NCBI GenBank assembly: GCA_964510085.1
Contig: CAZEAB010000003.1
Span: 18,276-82,275 of the forward strand
DNA from: an uncultured Methanosarcinales archaeon
GTDB lineage: Archaea; Nanobdellota; Nanobdellia; Woesearchaeales; GW2011-AR9
Reading direction: 5' to 3'
DNA: 64,000 nucleotides
Position 1 is the stretch's first letter, and every line of letters begins with the position of its first letter. The translations under genes and the position numbers were made by a program. Under the pieces are notes generated by a model. It saw nothing but the letters and a program-made list of their open reading frames with translations, was not told the origin of the DNA and made no database searches. This document shows positions 8,234-17,680 of this stretch, piece after piece.

Positions 8234-9172
8234 ATGTTTAAATACGACGTATTATGTGTTGGAAGTGCAACAGTAGATCATTTCTTAACAACAGATGTAG
8301 CACTAAAAAGCATAAATCCTGGAGACAAAATTCTTGTGAAAGCTAAAGAAGTACATTCTGGTGGTGGAGCAACAAATACTGCAGCAACTTTATCTAAATT
8401 GGGTTTAAATGTAAAAATACTTTCTAAATTAGGCAATGACCACGATGCAGAGTTTATTAACAAGGAGATGAAAGAATATAAAGTTCAGAATATTTGTCTT
8501 CACACTAGTAAGAAACCAACAAATTCTTCTGTAATTGTATCCTCGCCTGTTGAAAAAGATAGGATTATTTACGCGCAAAAGGGGGCATCTCGAGACCTTA
8601 ATGCACGTGATTTCAAAAAACCACGATGTAAGTGGATTTACATGGCAAGTTTAGTTGGAAAATCATTTTCTGTGTTGAAAGAATTAACAAAATATAATAC
8701 TAAAATTGCATTTAATCCTTCACTATATTTAGCAAAGAAAGGAAAGCGACATTTAAAACCAATCTTAAAAAAAACAACGGTGTTAATATTAAATAAAGAA
8801 GAAGCACAAGTTCTTTTAGGGAAGAGAACAAATTCGTGGAAAATATTATTGGAAGGTCTACATTTTCTTGGTCCTAAAACAGTTGTTATTACAAACGGAC
8901 ACAGTACGTTTTACGCATTACATGAAGATACAACGTACAAAATAATCCCCCCAAATGTTCCTAGGATTTCAACAGCTGGTGCAGGTGATTGTTTTGCAGC
9001 CTCTGTAGTTGCAGGCATAATAAAAAAAATGCCCTTTGAAGAAGTATTAGCTATGGCTCAAGCAAATGCATCATCTCTTATACAGCAGATTGGAACAAAA
9101 GAAGGGTTATGTACGATGGCACAAGTACGGAAATTAATGAAGAAATATAAGACGAAAGTCACTTCCAATTAA
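8234..9172 (+). CDS. PfkB-family carbohydrate kinase (ribokinase-like)
   Basis: DVLCVGSATVDH N-terminus and C-terminal TAGAGDCFAASVVAG signature. ATG 8234 follows AGAGGT, whereas the track start 8195 lies inside the RNA element. Confidence 0.85.
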   Translation: MFKYDVLCVGSATVDHFLTTDVALKSINPGDKILVKAKEVHSGGGATNTAATLSKLGLNVKILSKLGNDHDAEFINKEMKEYKVQNICLHTSKKPTNSSVIVSSPVEKDRIIYAQKGASRDLNARDFKKPRCKWIYMASLVGKSFSVLKELTKYNTKIAFNPSLYLAKKGKRHLKPILKKTTVLILNKEEAQVLLGKRTNSWKILLEGLHFLGPKTVVITNGHSTFYALHEDTTYKIIPPNVPRISTAGAGDCFAASVVAGIIKKMPFEEVLAMAQANASSLIQQIGTKEGLCTMAQVRKLMKKYKTKVTSN

Positions 9173-9752
9173 ACTTCCCATCAAAGTTAACTATCTCATG
9201 TAACTTCTTTCGTTGATTTGGTTTCTCTGTTTTTGCAATATTCTCGGGAAGCACAGACTTTGGACCCAACTTACCTATAGCACACATTGCTTCAATCTTA
9301 TACTTTTTTGGAATCTTAAGAACTTTTCTTGCTTTTGTATAATCAAACCCACTCATACCATGTACAACAAAACCTCTACGAGCTCCCTCTAATGCTAGGG
9401 AAACCCAAGCAGCTCCCGTATCAAAAGAATGTGTTGGATTTGGTTTATCTTTATATTCTGATTTTGTTCTTGAAATTATAACAACTAATGCAGTTGCATC
9501 CTTACACCACGCTTTATTGAAATCTACTAAGAAATCCATGAAAACGTCTTTTCTCTTACCTGTTGCAACGATAAACCGCCACGGTTGTACATTAAATGCA
9601 GAAGGTGCCCATCTAGCCGCTTCAAATAATGATTTTAATTCTTTACTTGTTAACTTACCTTTCATAGCCCGTGGAGACCAGCGTGTATAGAATAATGGAG
9701 ATACGTTTTGTGATGGTTTTCTAAATTTCTTTGCGATAGATTGTAGTGACAT
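9159..9752 (-). CDS. Nitroreductase family protein
   Basis: 'APSAFNVQPWRFIV' nitroreductase motif; typical size. Confidence 0.8.
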   Translation of the reverse strand: MSLQSIAKKFRKPSQNVSPLFYTRWSPRAMKGKLTSKELKSLFEAARWAPSAFNVQPWRFIVATGKRKDVFMDFLVDFNKAWCKDATALVVIISRTKSEYKDKPNPTHSFDTGAAWVSLALEGARRGFVVHGMSGFDYTKARKVLKIPKKYKIEAMCAIGKLGPKSVLPENIAKTEKPNQRKKLHEIVNFDGKFNWK

Positions 9753-9819
9753 ACAGGTAGTATATTCAAAACATATAAAAACATATGTTTCTTACTACAA
9801 TATCAAAAAAGAGGTATCA

Positions 9820-10728
9820 ATGTTTGCATCAACCAAGAAAATCCTAGCACGAGCACAAAAAAAGAATTACGCAGTTCCACATTTTAACATAAATAATATG
9901 GAAATAGTGCAAGGTGTTACAAATGCAGCTATGAAAACAAATTCTCCAATAATCCTATCAACCTCAGAAGGTGCTATAAAATATGCAGGGTTATCTTATT
10001 TACGATGTTTAGCAGGTTCTGCTGCTGCATCTGTTAAAGTTCCAATCGCATTACATCTTGATCATGGAAGAGATTTGAAAATAATTAAACAGTGTATTAA
10101 CGCAGGGTATTCTTCAGTTATGTTTGATGGTTCCCATCTCCCTTATGAACAAAATGTAAAAATAACAAAGAAAGTCGTCAAATGGGCACATAAAAGAGGA
10201 GTTTCCGTTGAAGCAGAACTAGGTACAATCGGTGGGAAGGAAGATGCAATAGAAAGCAGAAAGATAATTTATACAAAACCAGAACAAGCACAAGATTTTG
10301 TTGAAAGAACCGGTTGTGATTTCCTTGCCGTAGCTATTGGAACATCACATGGAGCTCATAAATTTAAAGGAAGTGCTCACTTACGTCACGATATACTAAA
10401 AGAAATAAGAAAGATAGTGAAAATCCCTTTAGTATTGCATGGAGCTTCAGGAGTTCCAGAGAAGGTAGTAAAACAAGCAGTAAAATACGGAGCAAAACTT
10501 TCTGGTGTATATGGCGTTCCAAATTCGCAGATAAAGAAAGCAATACAAAACGGAATTTGTAAAATAAATACTGATACAGATTTACGGTTAGCATTTGATG
10601 GAGCCGTTAGAAAATTCCTTAAAACGAAACCAAAAGACTTCGATCCACGACATATCCTCGGCCCAGCAAGAGATGCAATTCAAAAGGTTGCAGAAGAACG
10701 AATAAAAGTATTTGGAAGTGGGAAATGA
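9820..10728 (+). CDS. fba: Class II fructose-bisphosphate aldolase
   Basis: 'PHFNINNME', 'ALHLDHG' and 'TSHGAHKF' metal/active-site motifs. Confidence 0.9.
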   Translation: MFASTKKILARAQKKNYAVPHFNINNMEIVQGVTNAAMKTNSPIILSTSEGAIKYAGLSYLRCLAGSAAASVKVPIALHLDHGRDLKIIKQCINAGYSSVMFDGSHLPYEQNVKITKKVVKWAHKRGVSVEAELGTIGGKEDAIESRKIIYTKPEQAQDFVERTGCDFLAVAIGTSHGAHKFKGSAHLRHDILKEIRKIVKIPLVLHGASGVPEKVVKQAVKYGAKLSGVYGVPNSQIKKAIQNGICKINTDTDLRLAFDGAVRKFLKTKPKDFDPRHILGPARDAIQKVAEERIKVFGSGK

Positions 10729-11102
10729 AACAAACATTACAAATATATCTTGGAAGTTTTGTTGCAACGATTGTACTTTTTAGGTTTATACTTTTTTTCT
10801 CACCAAATATTAATCTGAATGTAGGCCAATATAACATTCATCATTTGTACACAGGAGCTTTTATACTTGTCATACTTACAATATTACTTTTATTTAACAT
10901 AAAACATTGGGTTGTTACAGCATTAGTTGGAATTTCATCTGCTATGATTATAGATGAACTCGTGTACTTAATTGCAACAGATGGAAGCGATGCAGCGTAT
11001 TTATCTGGAACATCAAATAGTGGGGCTATGATACTGGGAGGAATGATAGTACTTATAACGGGAGGCATATACATATGGAATGGAAAAAAGACACCAAGAT
11101 AA
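10725..11102 (+). CDS. Small polytopic membrane protein
   Basis: ATGA overlap with fba; 3-4 hydrophobic helices. Confidence 0.55.
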   Translation: MKQTLQIYLGSFVATIVLFRFILFFSPNINLNVGQYNIHHLYTGAFILVILTILLLFNIKHWVVTALVGISSAMIIDELVYLIATDGSDAAYLSGTSNSGAMILGGMIVLITGGIYIWNGKKTPR

Positions 11103-11407
11103 TTATTACATTAATATTACTACAGGGAATTATTGATTACATTTACGTATTTCTGTATCCCACGGTAAATCCAATCAGAGCAACGCTCATAGGAACAACT
11201 GCCTTTGTATTTCTCTCAATACCACAATTGAAAAAATTCATTGGATGGAATCCTAAATGGGCATTCATACCAATTTTTGCAAACGCATTCATTGGTGCAT
11301 TATCTGTGCAGGCAGGTATAGTTCAATCAAAATCAATGGAATCAGCTGTATTACATGTTGGTATTTTGATAATAACATACTTCATAGTGAGGAAAATCAA
11401 GAAATGA
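11075..11407 (+). CDS. Small polytopic membrane protein
   Basis: Hydrophobic helices throughout; overlaps both neighbours. Confidence 0.5.
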   Translation: MEWKKDTKIIITLILLQGIIDYIYVFLYPTVNPIRATLIGTTAFVFLSIPQLKKFIGWNPKWAFIPIFANAFIGALSVQAGIVQSKSMESAVLHVGILIITYFIVRKIKK

Positions 11408-11844
11408 AAACAATATACATCGCATCAGATCATGGAGGATATGGACTAAAAAAGAAATTAATCCCCTACTTAGAAAAGAAGTACAAAGTAGAAGATCTCG
11501 GCCCATACTCATACAACAAAAACGATGACTATCCAGATTATGCAATCCCTCTTGCAAAAAAAGTAGCAAAAACAAAATCGCAGGGGATTGTTATTTGTCG
11601 TAACGGCCAAGGCATTTGTATTGCGGTAAATAAAATAAAAGGAATTCGCGGTGTCACTGGTTTTTCTGTAAAAGAAGCAAAAACAACTAAGTTAGATGAT
11701 AATGCAAATGTGCTTAGTTTACCTGCAGATTATCTCACTGTGGGAAAAGCAAAAAAAATTACAAAAGTATGGCTTGAAACAAAATTCTCTGGATTAAAGA
11801 GACATAAACGAAGATTAGCAAAGGTTAAGAAGGTAGAGAGATGA
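11404..11844 (+). CDS. rpiB: Ribose-5-phosphate isomerase B
   Basis: 'MKTIYIASDHGGYGLKKKL' and 'GIVICRNGQGICIAVNK' (RpiB/LacAB). ATGA overlap at 11404. The longer track ORF (11257) is an out-of-context extension. Confidence 0.88.
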   Translation: MKTIYIASDHGGYGLKKKLIPYLEKKYKVEDLGPYSYNKNDDYPDYAIPLAKKVAKTKSQGIVICRNGQGICIAVNKIKGIRGVTGFSVKEAKTTKLDDNANVLSLPADYLTVGKAKKITKVWLETKFSGLKRHKRRLAKVKKVER

Positions 11845-13472
11845 AATGGGTATTAATCATATTAACTATTTTTCTTATAGGTTGCAGTTCGGAAATAAGT
11901 GAAAAGGATTTAGTGAACAAAATATTTCTTAAAGGCGATTCAATTGATTGGAATGTTTGCTTTGAACAGGAAGATCGAGTTCTTGGATTAGCTCGACAAG
12001 GAGTAATACTAAAATCATTCCAACTTACTGATGGATGTAAGAATAGATGGATAAATGAAAGTGATGAACTGGTAGTATTCCGTTGTGAGGATAAAGTTCC
12101 TATTGCAAGTACGTTAGATTGTGTAACTGGTTGTACAAATACAACATGCAATCCTTTAGATTGTGAAGATTCAGATAATGGAGTAGATTACTACAAATTA
12201 GGAACAAGTACAGGAGAAGATGTTGATGGAAATGAAGGAGAGTTTACAGATATGTGTCTTTCTCCAACAAAACTCATTGAATTCTCTTGTAATATAAATC
12301 AAGTAGATGCAACAGAACATACTTGTCCATTTGGGTGTAGGAAAGGAGTTTGTCTTCCTTCACAAGAACTTGCTTTGCCAGATACCCCCTTACTTGAAAT
12401 TCCAGAAATTTTTTCTTTAGAAATAATCCCAGAAATTTCCGCAAAGGATGTTCCAGTACGATTTGTTGTTTCCACTTCTGGAATAAACATAGAACAACCT
12501 AGAATTGAAATGGGGAAGAAGGGATACACATTATATGATGACGGGTATCATGGAGATAGTTTTCCTTATGATGGGATTTATGGAGTAGAAGTAAAAAATT
12601 TACCAATAAAAGATTATGAAGCAGTAGTTAGCTACTATCAGAATGGAAAAAGAATCAAACGTTATGATTTAGCTAGAGGTGGCAAAATAATTAATAATGC
12701 AAATAACACGTGTGTTAAAATAACTAATAATAAAGGCCCAATCAATGTAGTAATGGTTGGTGTTGGGTTAACTCAACAAGATATTGAAGATATCACTCCT
12801 GGAATTTTTAGTGCTGAGCCATTTTCTTCTAATAAAGAATTATTTAATGTATGGGTGGTTGAAGGAGAAGCAATAAACATAGATGAGGGATATAAACTCA
12901 TTACATCGTGCAATCTTAAAAACCAATTTAATTTAATACTTTATAATAATCCCCTCACTCCAGACTCACATGAACTAGGATACGGCGCATATAGGTATGG
13001 GAGAGCATATCATAACCCCCCATTATTCAATGGAACTGCTTTAGTCATACACGAGTTAATGCATGTATTTGGAGCACTTGTAGATGAATACGAAACAGAT
13101 TACATTGGGCCTAATCCTTCACTTACGCAATGTTATGAATCCTCATATGTGGATTGTACCTCCAATAATGAATCTTGCTTACCAACAACCATTTCAGATA
13201 ATGATTGTATTCTTAACGCTCCTTGGAATGAACAAATTGGAAATGGATGTGGTAATGAAAGTGTAATTGATTGTGAATTGGGCGATGAGAATTATAACAT
13301 AGAAGTTGGTTGTTTCCTTGGGTGTGGAAGAAGTAAGAATCTTTACAGATCAACATTCAACAGCGGGATGAGAACAATCTCAACACCATTTGTTCTCGGA
13401 CCTATAAACGAGAAGATTATATGCAACAAAATATTTGAATTAACTGGAAAAAGAATAGGTGTTTGTGCATGA
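11841..13472 (+). CDS. Secreted Cys-rich metalloprotease-like protein (M64-like HExxH..DEY)
   Basis: Lipobox-like N-terminus MKWVLIILTIFLIGCSS, many Cys pairs, and 'ALVIHELMHVFGALVDEY', which resembles the peptidase M64 zinc site. Confidence 0.6.
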   Translation: MKWVLIILTIFLIGCSSEISEKDLVNKIFLKGDSIDWNVCFEQEDRVLGLARQGVILKSFQLTDGCKNRWINESDELVVFRCEDKVPIASTLDCVTGCTNTTCNPLDCEDSDNGVDYYKLGTSTGEDVDGNEGEFTDMCLSPTKLIEFSCNINQVDATEHTCPFGCRKGVCLPSQELALPDTPLLEIPEIFSLEIIPEISAKDVPVRFVVSTSGINIEQPRIEMGKKGYTLYDDGYHGDSFPYDGIYGVEVKNLPIKDYEAVVSYYQNGKRIKRYDLARGGKIINNANNTCVKITNNKGPINVVMVGVGLTQQDIEDITPGIFSAEPFSSNKELFNVWVVEGEAINIDEGYKLITSCNLKNQFNLILYNNPLTPDSHELGYGAYRYGRAYHNPPLFNGTALVIHELMHVFGALVDEYETDYIGPNPSLTQCYESSYVDCTSNNESCLPTTISDNDCILNAPWNEQIGNGCGNESVIDCELGDENYNIEVGCFLGCGRSKNLYRSTFNSGMRTISTPFVLGPINEKIICNKIFELTGKRIGVCA

Positions 13473-14089
13473 AAATATATCCGTCAGTAATGGGTAAGTC
13501 GCAGAAAGAGATTAACGCTCTATTTAAGAAACTAGAAGGAGTTTCAAAAGAATTACATCTTGATGTTGCCGATGGTAAATTTGTACATAACACTTCTTTA
13601 TGGTTTGATTTTAAGTTAAGTAAAAAATTCAAATACAATGCACATCTCATGATTGTTCATCCAGAGAGGTGGATTGAAAAGTATGGAAACAAAGTAGATT
13701 TATGCATAGTTCATTTACATGCTATTAAGCACATTCAATTTTTTATTGAATATGTAAGAAGTAAAAACAAAAAAGTTGCAATCGCATTAAATCCTGAAAC
13801 TAAAATTAAAGAGTTAAAAGATTATTTGAATGATATTGATGTAATTCTAGTCATGACAGTACATCCCGGATTTTATGGGGCTAAATTTCTATCATCTCCA
13901 TTACGTAAAATAAAGAAAATTAAGAAGATTAATCCTGATATAAAAGTAATGGTTGATGGTGGCATGAATCCGAAAACTGTTCGTAAGGCTGTCAGGGCAG
14001 GTGCAGATTCAATTATTTCTGGCAGTTTTATTTCTAAATCTAAGAATTCAAAGAAAGCGATGAAAGAATTAAAGGCACTGGTCAAATAA
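13469..14089 (+). CDS. rpe: Ribulose-phosphate 3-epimerase
   Basis: 'HLDVADGKFV', 'VMTVHPGFYGAKF', 'VDGGMN'. ATG 13469 overlaps the upstream TGA. Confidence 0.85.
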   Translation: MKIYPSVMGKSQKEINALFKKLEGVSKELHLDVADGKFVHNTSLWFDFKLSKKFKYNAHLMIVHPERWIEKYGNKVDLCIVHLHAIKHIQFFIEYVRSKNKKVAIALNPETKIKELKDYLNDIDVILVMTVHPGFYGAKFLSSPLRKIKKIKKINPDIKVMVDGGMNPKTVRKAVRAGADSIISGSFISKSKNSKKAMKELKALVK

Positions 14090-14170
14090 TAATAAAGCTA
14101 AATGGGAAGCACTGGTCACACTAGACAGGTACGGATAGAATATATAAATGACTTCTTCAACATACACATT

Positions 14171-14824
14171 ATGAAACACATGCTCAAAGAGAATATGCCC
14201 CGAGAAAGACTAATGCATTCCCCCACATCATTATCTTCAGCAGAACTTCTCGCAATTATCTTAAAATCAGGAACAAAAAAAGAAAACGTTCTTGAAATAT
14301 CTCATAAATTATTACAAAAATATGGGAGTAAATTACAACATTGTTCAGTACAAGAACTATCACAAGAATATGGAATAGGAATAGCTAAAGCATGTCAAAT
14401 AGTTGCTCTCTTTGAATTTCATAAACGAATTCCAAAAGAAAAGAAAGTAGTAATAACTTCTCCAAAAGACGTTGCCAAGATATTTTCACAAAAATTACAA
14501 CATAATCAAAAAGAACACTTCATCGCATTATATTTAGATGTAAAAGGGAATGTAATTAATGAAAAAACTGTTACAATAGGATTGGCTAATGCATCTCTAG
14601 CACACCCTAGAGAAGTATTTCATGGTGCAATAAAAAGTATGGCACATTCCGTTATAGTCATCCACAATCATCCTTCAGGAGATCCAACACCTTCTGAAGA
14701 AGATCTATTAATCACAAAGAAATTAGAAGAATCTGGTGAGATAGTTGGAATTAACCTTATTGATCATGTTATTATAGGAAAAGGTAGCTATTGGAGTTGG
14801 AGTGAAAATAGACAGAAAGTTTAA
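14171..14824 (+). CDS. radC: RadC-like JAB/MPN domain protein
   Basis: 'VIVIHNHPSGDPTPSEEDLLITKKL' JAMM motif. TATA aatatataaa (14139-14148) lies 22 nt before ATG 14171. Confidence 0.85.
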   Translation: MKHMLKENMPRERLMHSPTSLSSAELLAIILKSGTKKENVLEISHKLLQKYGSKLQHCSVQELSQEYGIGIAKACQIVALFEFHKRIPKEKKVVITSPKDVAKIFSQKLQHNQKEHFIALYLDVKGNVINEKTVTIGLANASLAHPREVFHGAIKSMAHSVIVIHNHPSGDPTPSEEDLLITKKLEESGEIVGINLIDHVIIGKGSYWSWSENRQKV

Positions 14825-14849
14825 AAAGCATATTCTGAATTATACCTGT

Positions 14850-15440
14850 ATGGCAAAGAAAACAAAAAAATCTGGAAAAGCAGTAGAATCTGAATCTCTT
14901 TCAGAAAAGAAAAAAGTCCTTGTAAAAGGAATATTAGCGGGTGAACGGGTATTAACTGAATCATCTGATGACGCAAGAGATTTCTATAACCAAAGTAGGT
15001 TTGGAACCATTGCAGAGAACGGAAGGGTTGAACTTTCTTTAATTGAAGGTCTTTATTTAATGGAAAAAGGAAGATTACATGTAAAGACAGAAGCAGGAAG
15101 GGAAGTTAAACCAGAATCATACATTAAGAAAGCAAGAAAGACAGAACCAAACTTCTGGATACGATATGTTGTATTCAAAGACATGCGAAATCGAGGTTAT
15201 ATTGTAAAAACAGCACTTAAATTTGGTGCAGATTTCAGAGTATACGACCGTGGAGTAAAACCAGGAGAAGATCACGCAAAATGGATTGTTTTTCCAGCTC
15301 ATGAAGGGTCTACCTTAACATGGCACGATTTCTCAGCTAAAAACAGAGTTGCCCATAGTACCAAGAAAAGGTTATTAATGGGAATTGTAGATGGCGAGAA
15401 TGATGTAACTTATTATGAGATAAGGTGGATGCGACCTTAA
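14850..15440 (+). CDS. endA: tRNA-splicing endonuclease
   Basis: 'YVVFKDMRNRGYIVKTALKFGADFRVY' and 'HAKWIV..AKNRVAHSTKKRLL' catalytic-domain motifs. Lys-rich N-terminal tail MAKKTKKSGK. Confidence 0.88.
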   Translation: MAKKTKKSGKAVESESLSEKKKVLVKGILAGERVLTESSDDARDFYNQSRFGTIAENGRVELSLIEGLYLMEKGRLHVKTEAGREVKPESYIKKARKTEPNFWIRYVVFKDMRNRGYIVKTALKFGADFRVYDRGVKPGEDHAKWIVFPAHEGSTLTWHDFSAKNRVAHSTKKRLLMGIVDGENDVTYYEIRWMRP

Positions 15441-15504
15441 TTTTTCTTTTCTTTATCACTCCAGTTCCAAAATCCTTATAAACCGCTGATTTAGTAAATC
15501 TTCT

Positions 15505-16602
15505 ATGACTGACCAAGATAAAATTCTCGCATTTATTCAATCAACAGGGCCAACTCTCCCTGCAAAGGTAGCCAAACATATAGGTTCGGATATACTCATT
15601 GCATCAGCACATTTAGCAGACTTAACCTCACAACGTAAAGTAAGGATATCAAACCTTAAAGTAGGTGGTTCTCCATTATATTACTTAGACGGTCAGCAAG
15701 ATAAATTGTATGGCTTTGTTCAAGGAAATACAAATCCAAAAAACATAGTGGTACTTGACAGGTTACGTGACGAAAAAGTACTTCAAGAAAAGAACTTAGA
15801 TTTACTTGCAAAAGTTGCATTACGCGCATTAAAAGATTTTGCAGTTCCATTACAAGTTCGTACACAAAATGGGGTTGAACTATTTTGGAAATGGCATTTA
15901 CTTCCAAAAGAAGAAACAAATACGAGCATAGGGCTTATTCTAAAACCAAAAGAAGAACCAGCAAAAGAAGTAGAACTAAAGCCAGAAGAACAAGTTTCTG
16001 AAGAAATAATTGAAAAAGTAATTGAAGAGAAAATTAAAGAACCAAAGAAAAAAGAAGTTCCACCTCAAGAAGAGCCAGAAGAAATAACTCCAGAAGATGT
16101 TGCAGAAAAGAGTGATCCAAAAGAACCAGAAAAAGCAGAACCTGCAACCAAAGATGAACCAAAACCAGTTAAGAAAAAGCAAGCTAAACCAGTAAGGAAA
16201 AAGAAAAAAGTTCAAACGAAACTGATTAAGAAAGCAGAACCTGAACCAGAGATAATAGAAGAAAAGAAGCCACGAAGAAAGGTTAGTGAAGATTTCCTTC
16301 CAATAATTGAAGATTTCTTAAAAACTCTTAAAATATCTATTGAAGTAAAAGAAACTGTCCGAAAGAATGCAGAAATGGATTTTATATTAACAGTTCCTTC
16401 TGCTGTTGGAAAGATGAAATATTATTGTAAAGCAAAGAATAAGAAACGATGTGATGAGAAAGATATCTCAGCAGCATACATGGAAGCACAGATTAAGAAA
16501 TTACCATTATTATTTTTATATTCAAACGACATTTCAAAGAAAGCGCAGGAAATGCTTGAATCAGATGCGTTTGAAAATGCAATGGTAAAAAGGATAGAGT
16601 AA
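15505..16602 (+). CDS. Winged-helix protein with Lys/Glu/Pro-rich linker and conserved C-terminal domain, unknown function
   Basis: N-terminal wHTH-like 'ILAFIQSTGPTLPAKVAKHIG..RKVRISNLKVGGSPLYYL', a ~130-aa KEP-rich linker, and a C-terminal ~110-aa globular region. Confidence 0.6.
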   Translation: MTDQDKILAFIQSTGPTLPAKVAKHIGSDILIASAHLADLTSQRKVRISNLKVGGSPLYYLDGQQDKLYGFVQGNTNPKNIVVLDRLRDEKVLQEKNLDLLAKVALRALKDFAVPLQVRTQNGVELFWKWHLLPKEETNTSIGLILKPKEEPAKEVELKPEEQVSEEIIEKVIEEKIKEPKKKEVPPQEEPEEITPEDVAEKSDPKEPEKAEPATKDEPKPVKKKQAKPVRKKKKVQTKLIKKAEPEPEIIEEKKPRRKVSEDFLPIIEDFLKTLKISIEVKETVRKNAEMDFILTVPSAVGKMKYYCKAKNKKRCDEKDISAAYMEAQIKKLPLLFLYSNDISKKAQEMLESDAFENAMVKRIE

Positions 16603-16633
16603 GTTTTTTAATATAACACAAATACCAAATAAT

Positions 16634-17665
16634 ATGGGACTTAAATTCAAAGACATTGTTACAAGAAAGGAAACATCTTTACACGAACTTAAAGATAAAG
16701 TTCTTGCAGTAGATACAATGAATTTACTGTATCAATTTCTAACTACAATAAGGGGGCCCGACGGTTCAGCATTTACAGATAAAGAAGGCAGAGTCACTTC
16801 CCATTTAATTGGATTATTTAATCGAACAACTACACTAATGGAACATGGATTAAAATTAGTATTTGTTTTTGATGGAAAAGCTCCAGATATAAAAAAGAAA
16901 ACATGGGAAAAACGTTCAGAAGTAAAAAAACAAGCGTCACTACTTTTAGAGAAAGCAAAAGAAGATGGAGACATCGCTAGTATGAAACGATATTCTTCAA
17001 GAACTGTTGTTCTTACAAAAGACATGATTGAAGATGCAAAGAAAGTATTAACAGCATTAGGATTGCCAATAGTTCAAGCTCCTTCAGAAGGGGAGGCACA
17101 AACTGCATTTATGGTAAAAGAGGGAGATGCATTTGCATCAATATCTCAAGATTATGATAACCTCATTTTTGGATGTCCTACTTTAATACGAAATTTATCA
17201 ATAGTTGGAAAGAGAAAGAAAGCAGGAACCCTTGGCTATACGGTTGTAAAACCAGAAATGATTCTTCTTGAAGACGTTCTCAAAGAACTTACACTAACTA
17301 GAGATGAACTAATAATCCTCGCAATTCTTGTAGGAACAGATTACAATCCAGGCGGAATAAAAGGAATTGGTCCTAAGAAAGGATTAAAACTAGTTCAAGA
17401 GAATAAAGATGTTGAATCAATTTTCACACAAGTTGAATGGAATAAACACTATCCTGATTTAGATTGGAAGATTATATTTGACACTATTAAGCACATCCCT
17501 ACAACTAAGGAATATAACTTAGAATGGAAAAAGATTAATGAAGAAAATTTACTCACCTTACTCAAAGGCTTTGATTTCCATGAAGAACGAGTAAAATCAA
17601 AGTTAGATAAACTAACTAAACAACAAACTAAACTAAATCAAAAAGGATTAAGTAGTTTCTTTTAA
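16634..17665 (+). CDS. fen: Flap endonuclease 1
   Basis: XPG N/I domains (VFVFDGKAP; PSEGEAQ; GTDYNPGGIKGIGPKK) and C-terminal PIP box QKGLSSFF. Confidence 0.95.
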   Translation: MGLKFKDIVTRKETSLHELKDKVLAVDTMNLLYQFLTTIRGPDGSAFTDKEGRVTSHLIGLFNRTTTLMEHGLKLVFVFDGKAPDIKKKTWEKRSEVKKQASLLLEKAKEDGDIASMKRYSSRTVVLTKDMIEDAKKVLTALGLPIVQAPSEGEAQTAFMVKEGDAFASISQDYDNLIFGCPTLIRNLSIVGKRKKAGTLGYTVVKPEMILLEDVLKELTLTRDELIILAILVGTDYNPGGIKGIGPKKGLKLVQENKDVESIFTQVEWNKHYPDLDWKIIFDTIKHIPTTKEYNLEWKKINEENLLTLLKGFDFHEERVKSKLDKLTKQQTKLNQKGLSSFF

Positions 17666-17680
17666 GGAAGATTTAAATAA

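Noticed and set aside
14075-14118. The 10-nt direct repeat GCACTGGTCA as a target-site duplication of a mobile element carrying radC
   Set aside because: The repeats flank only about 25 nt of AT-rich spacer, not the radC gene. A single 10-mer coincidence cannot be distinguished from chance here.
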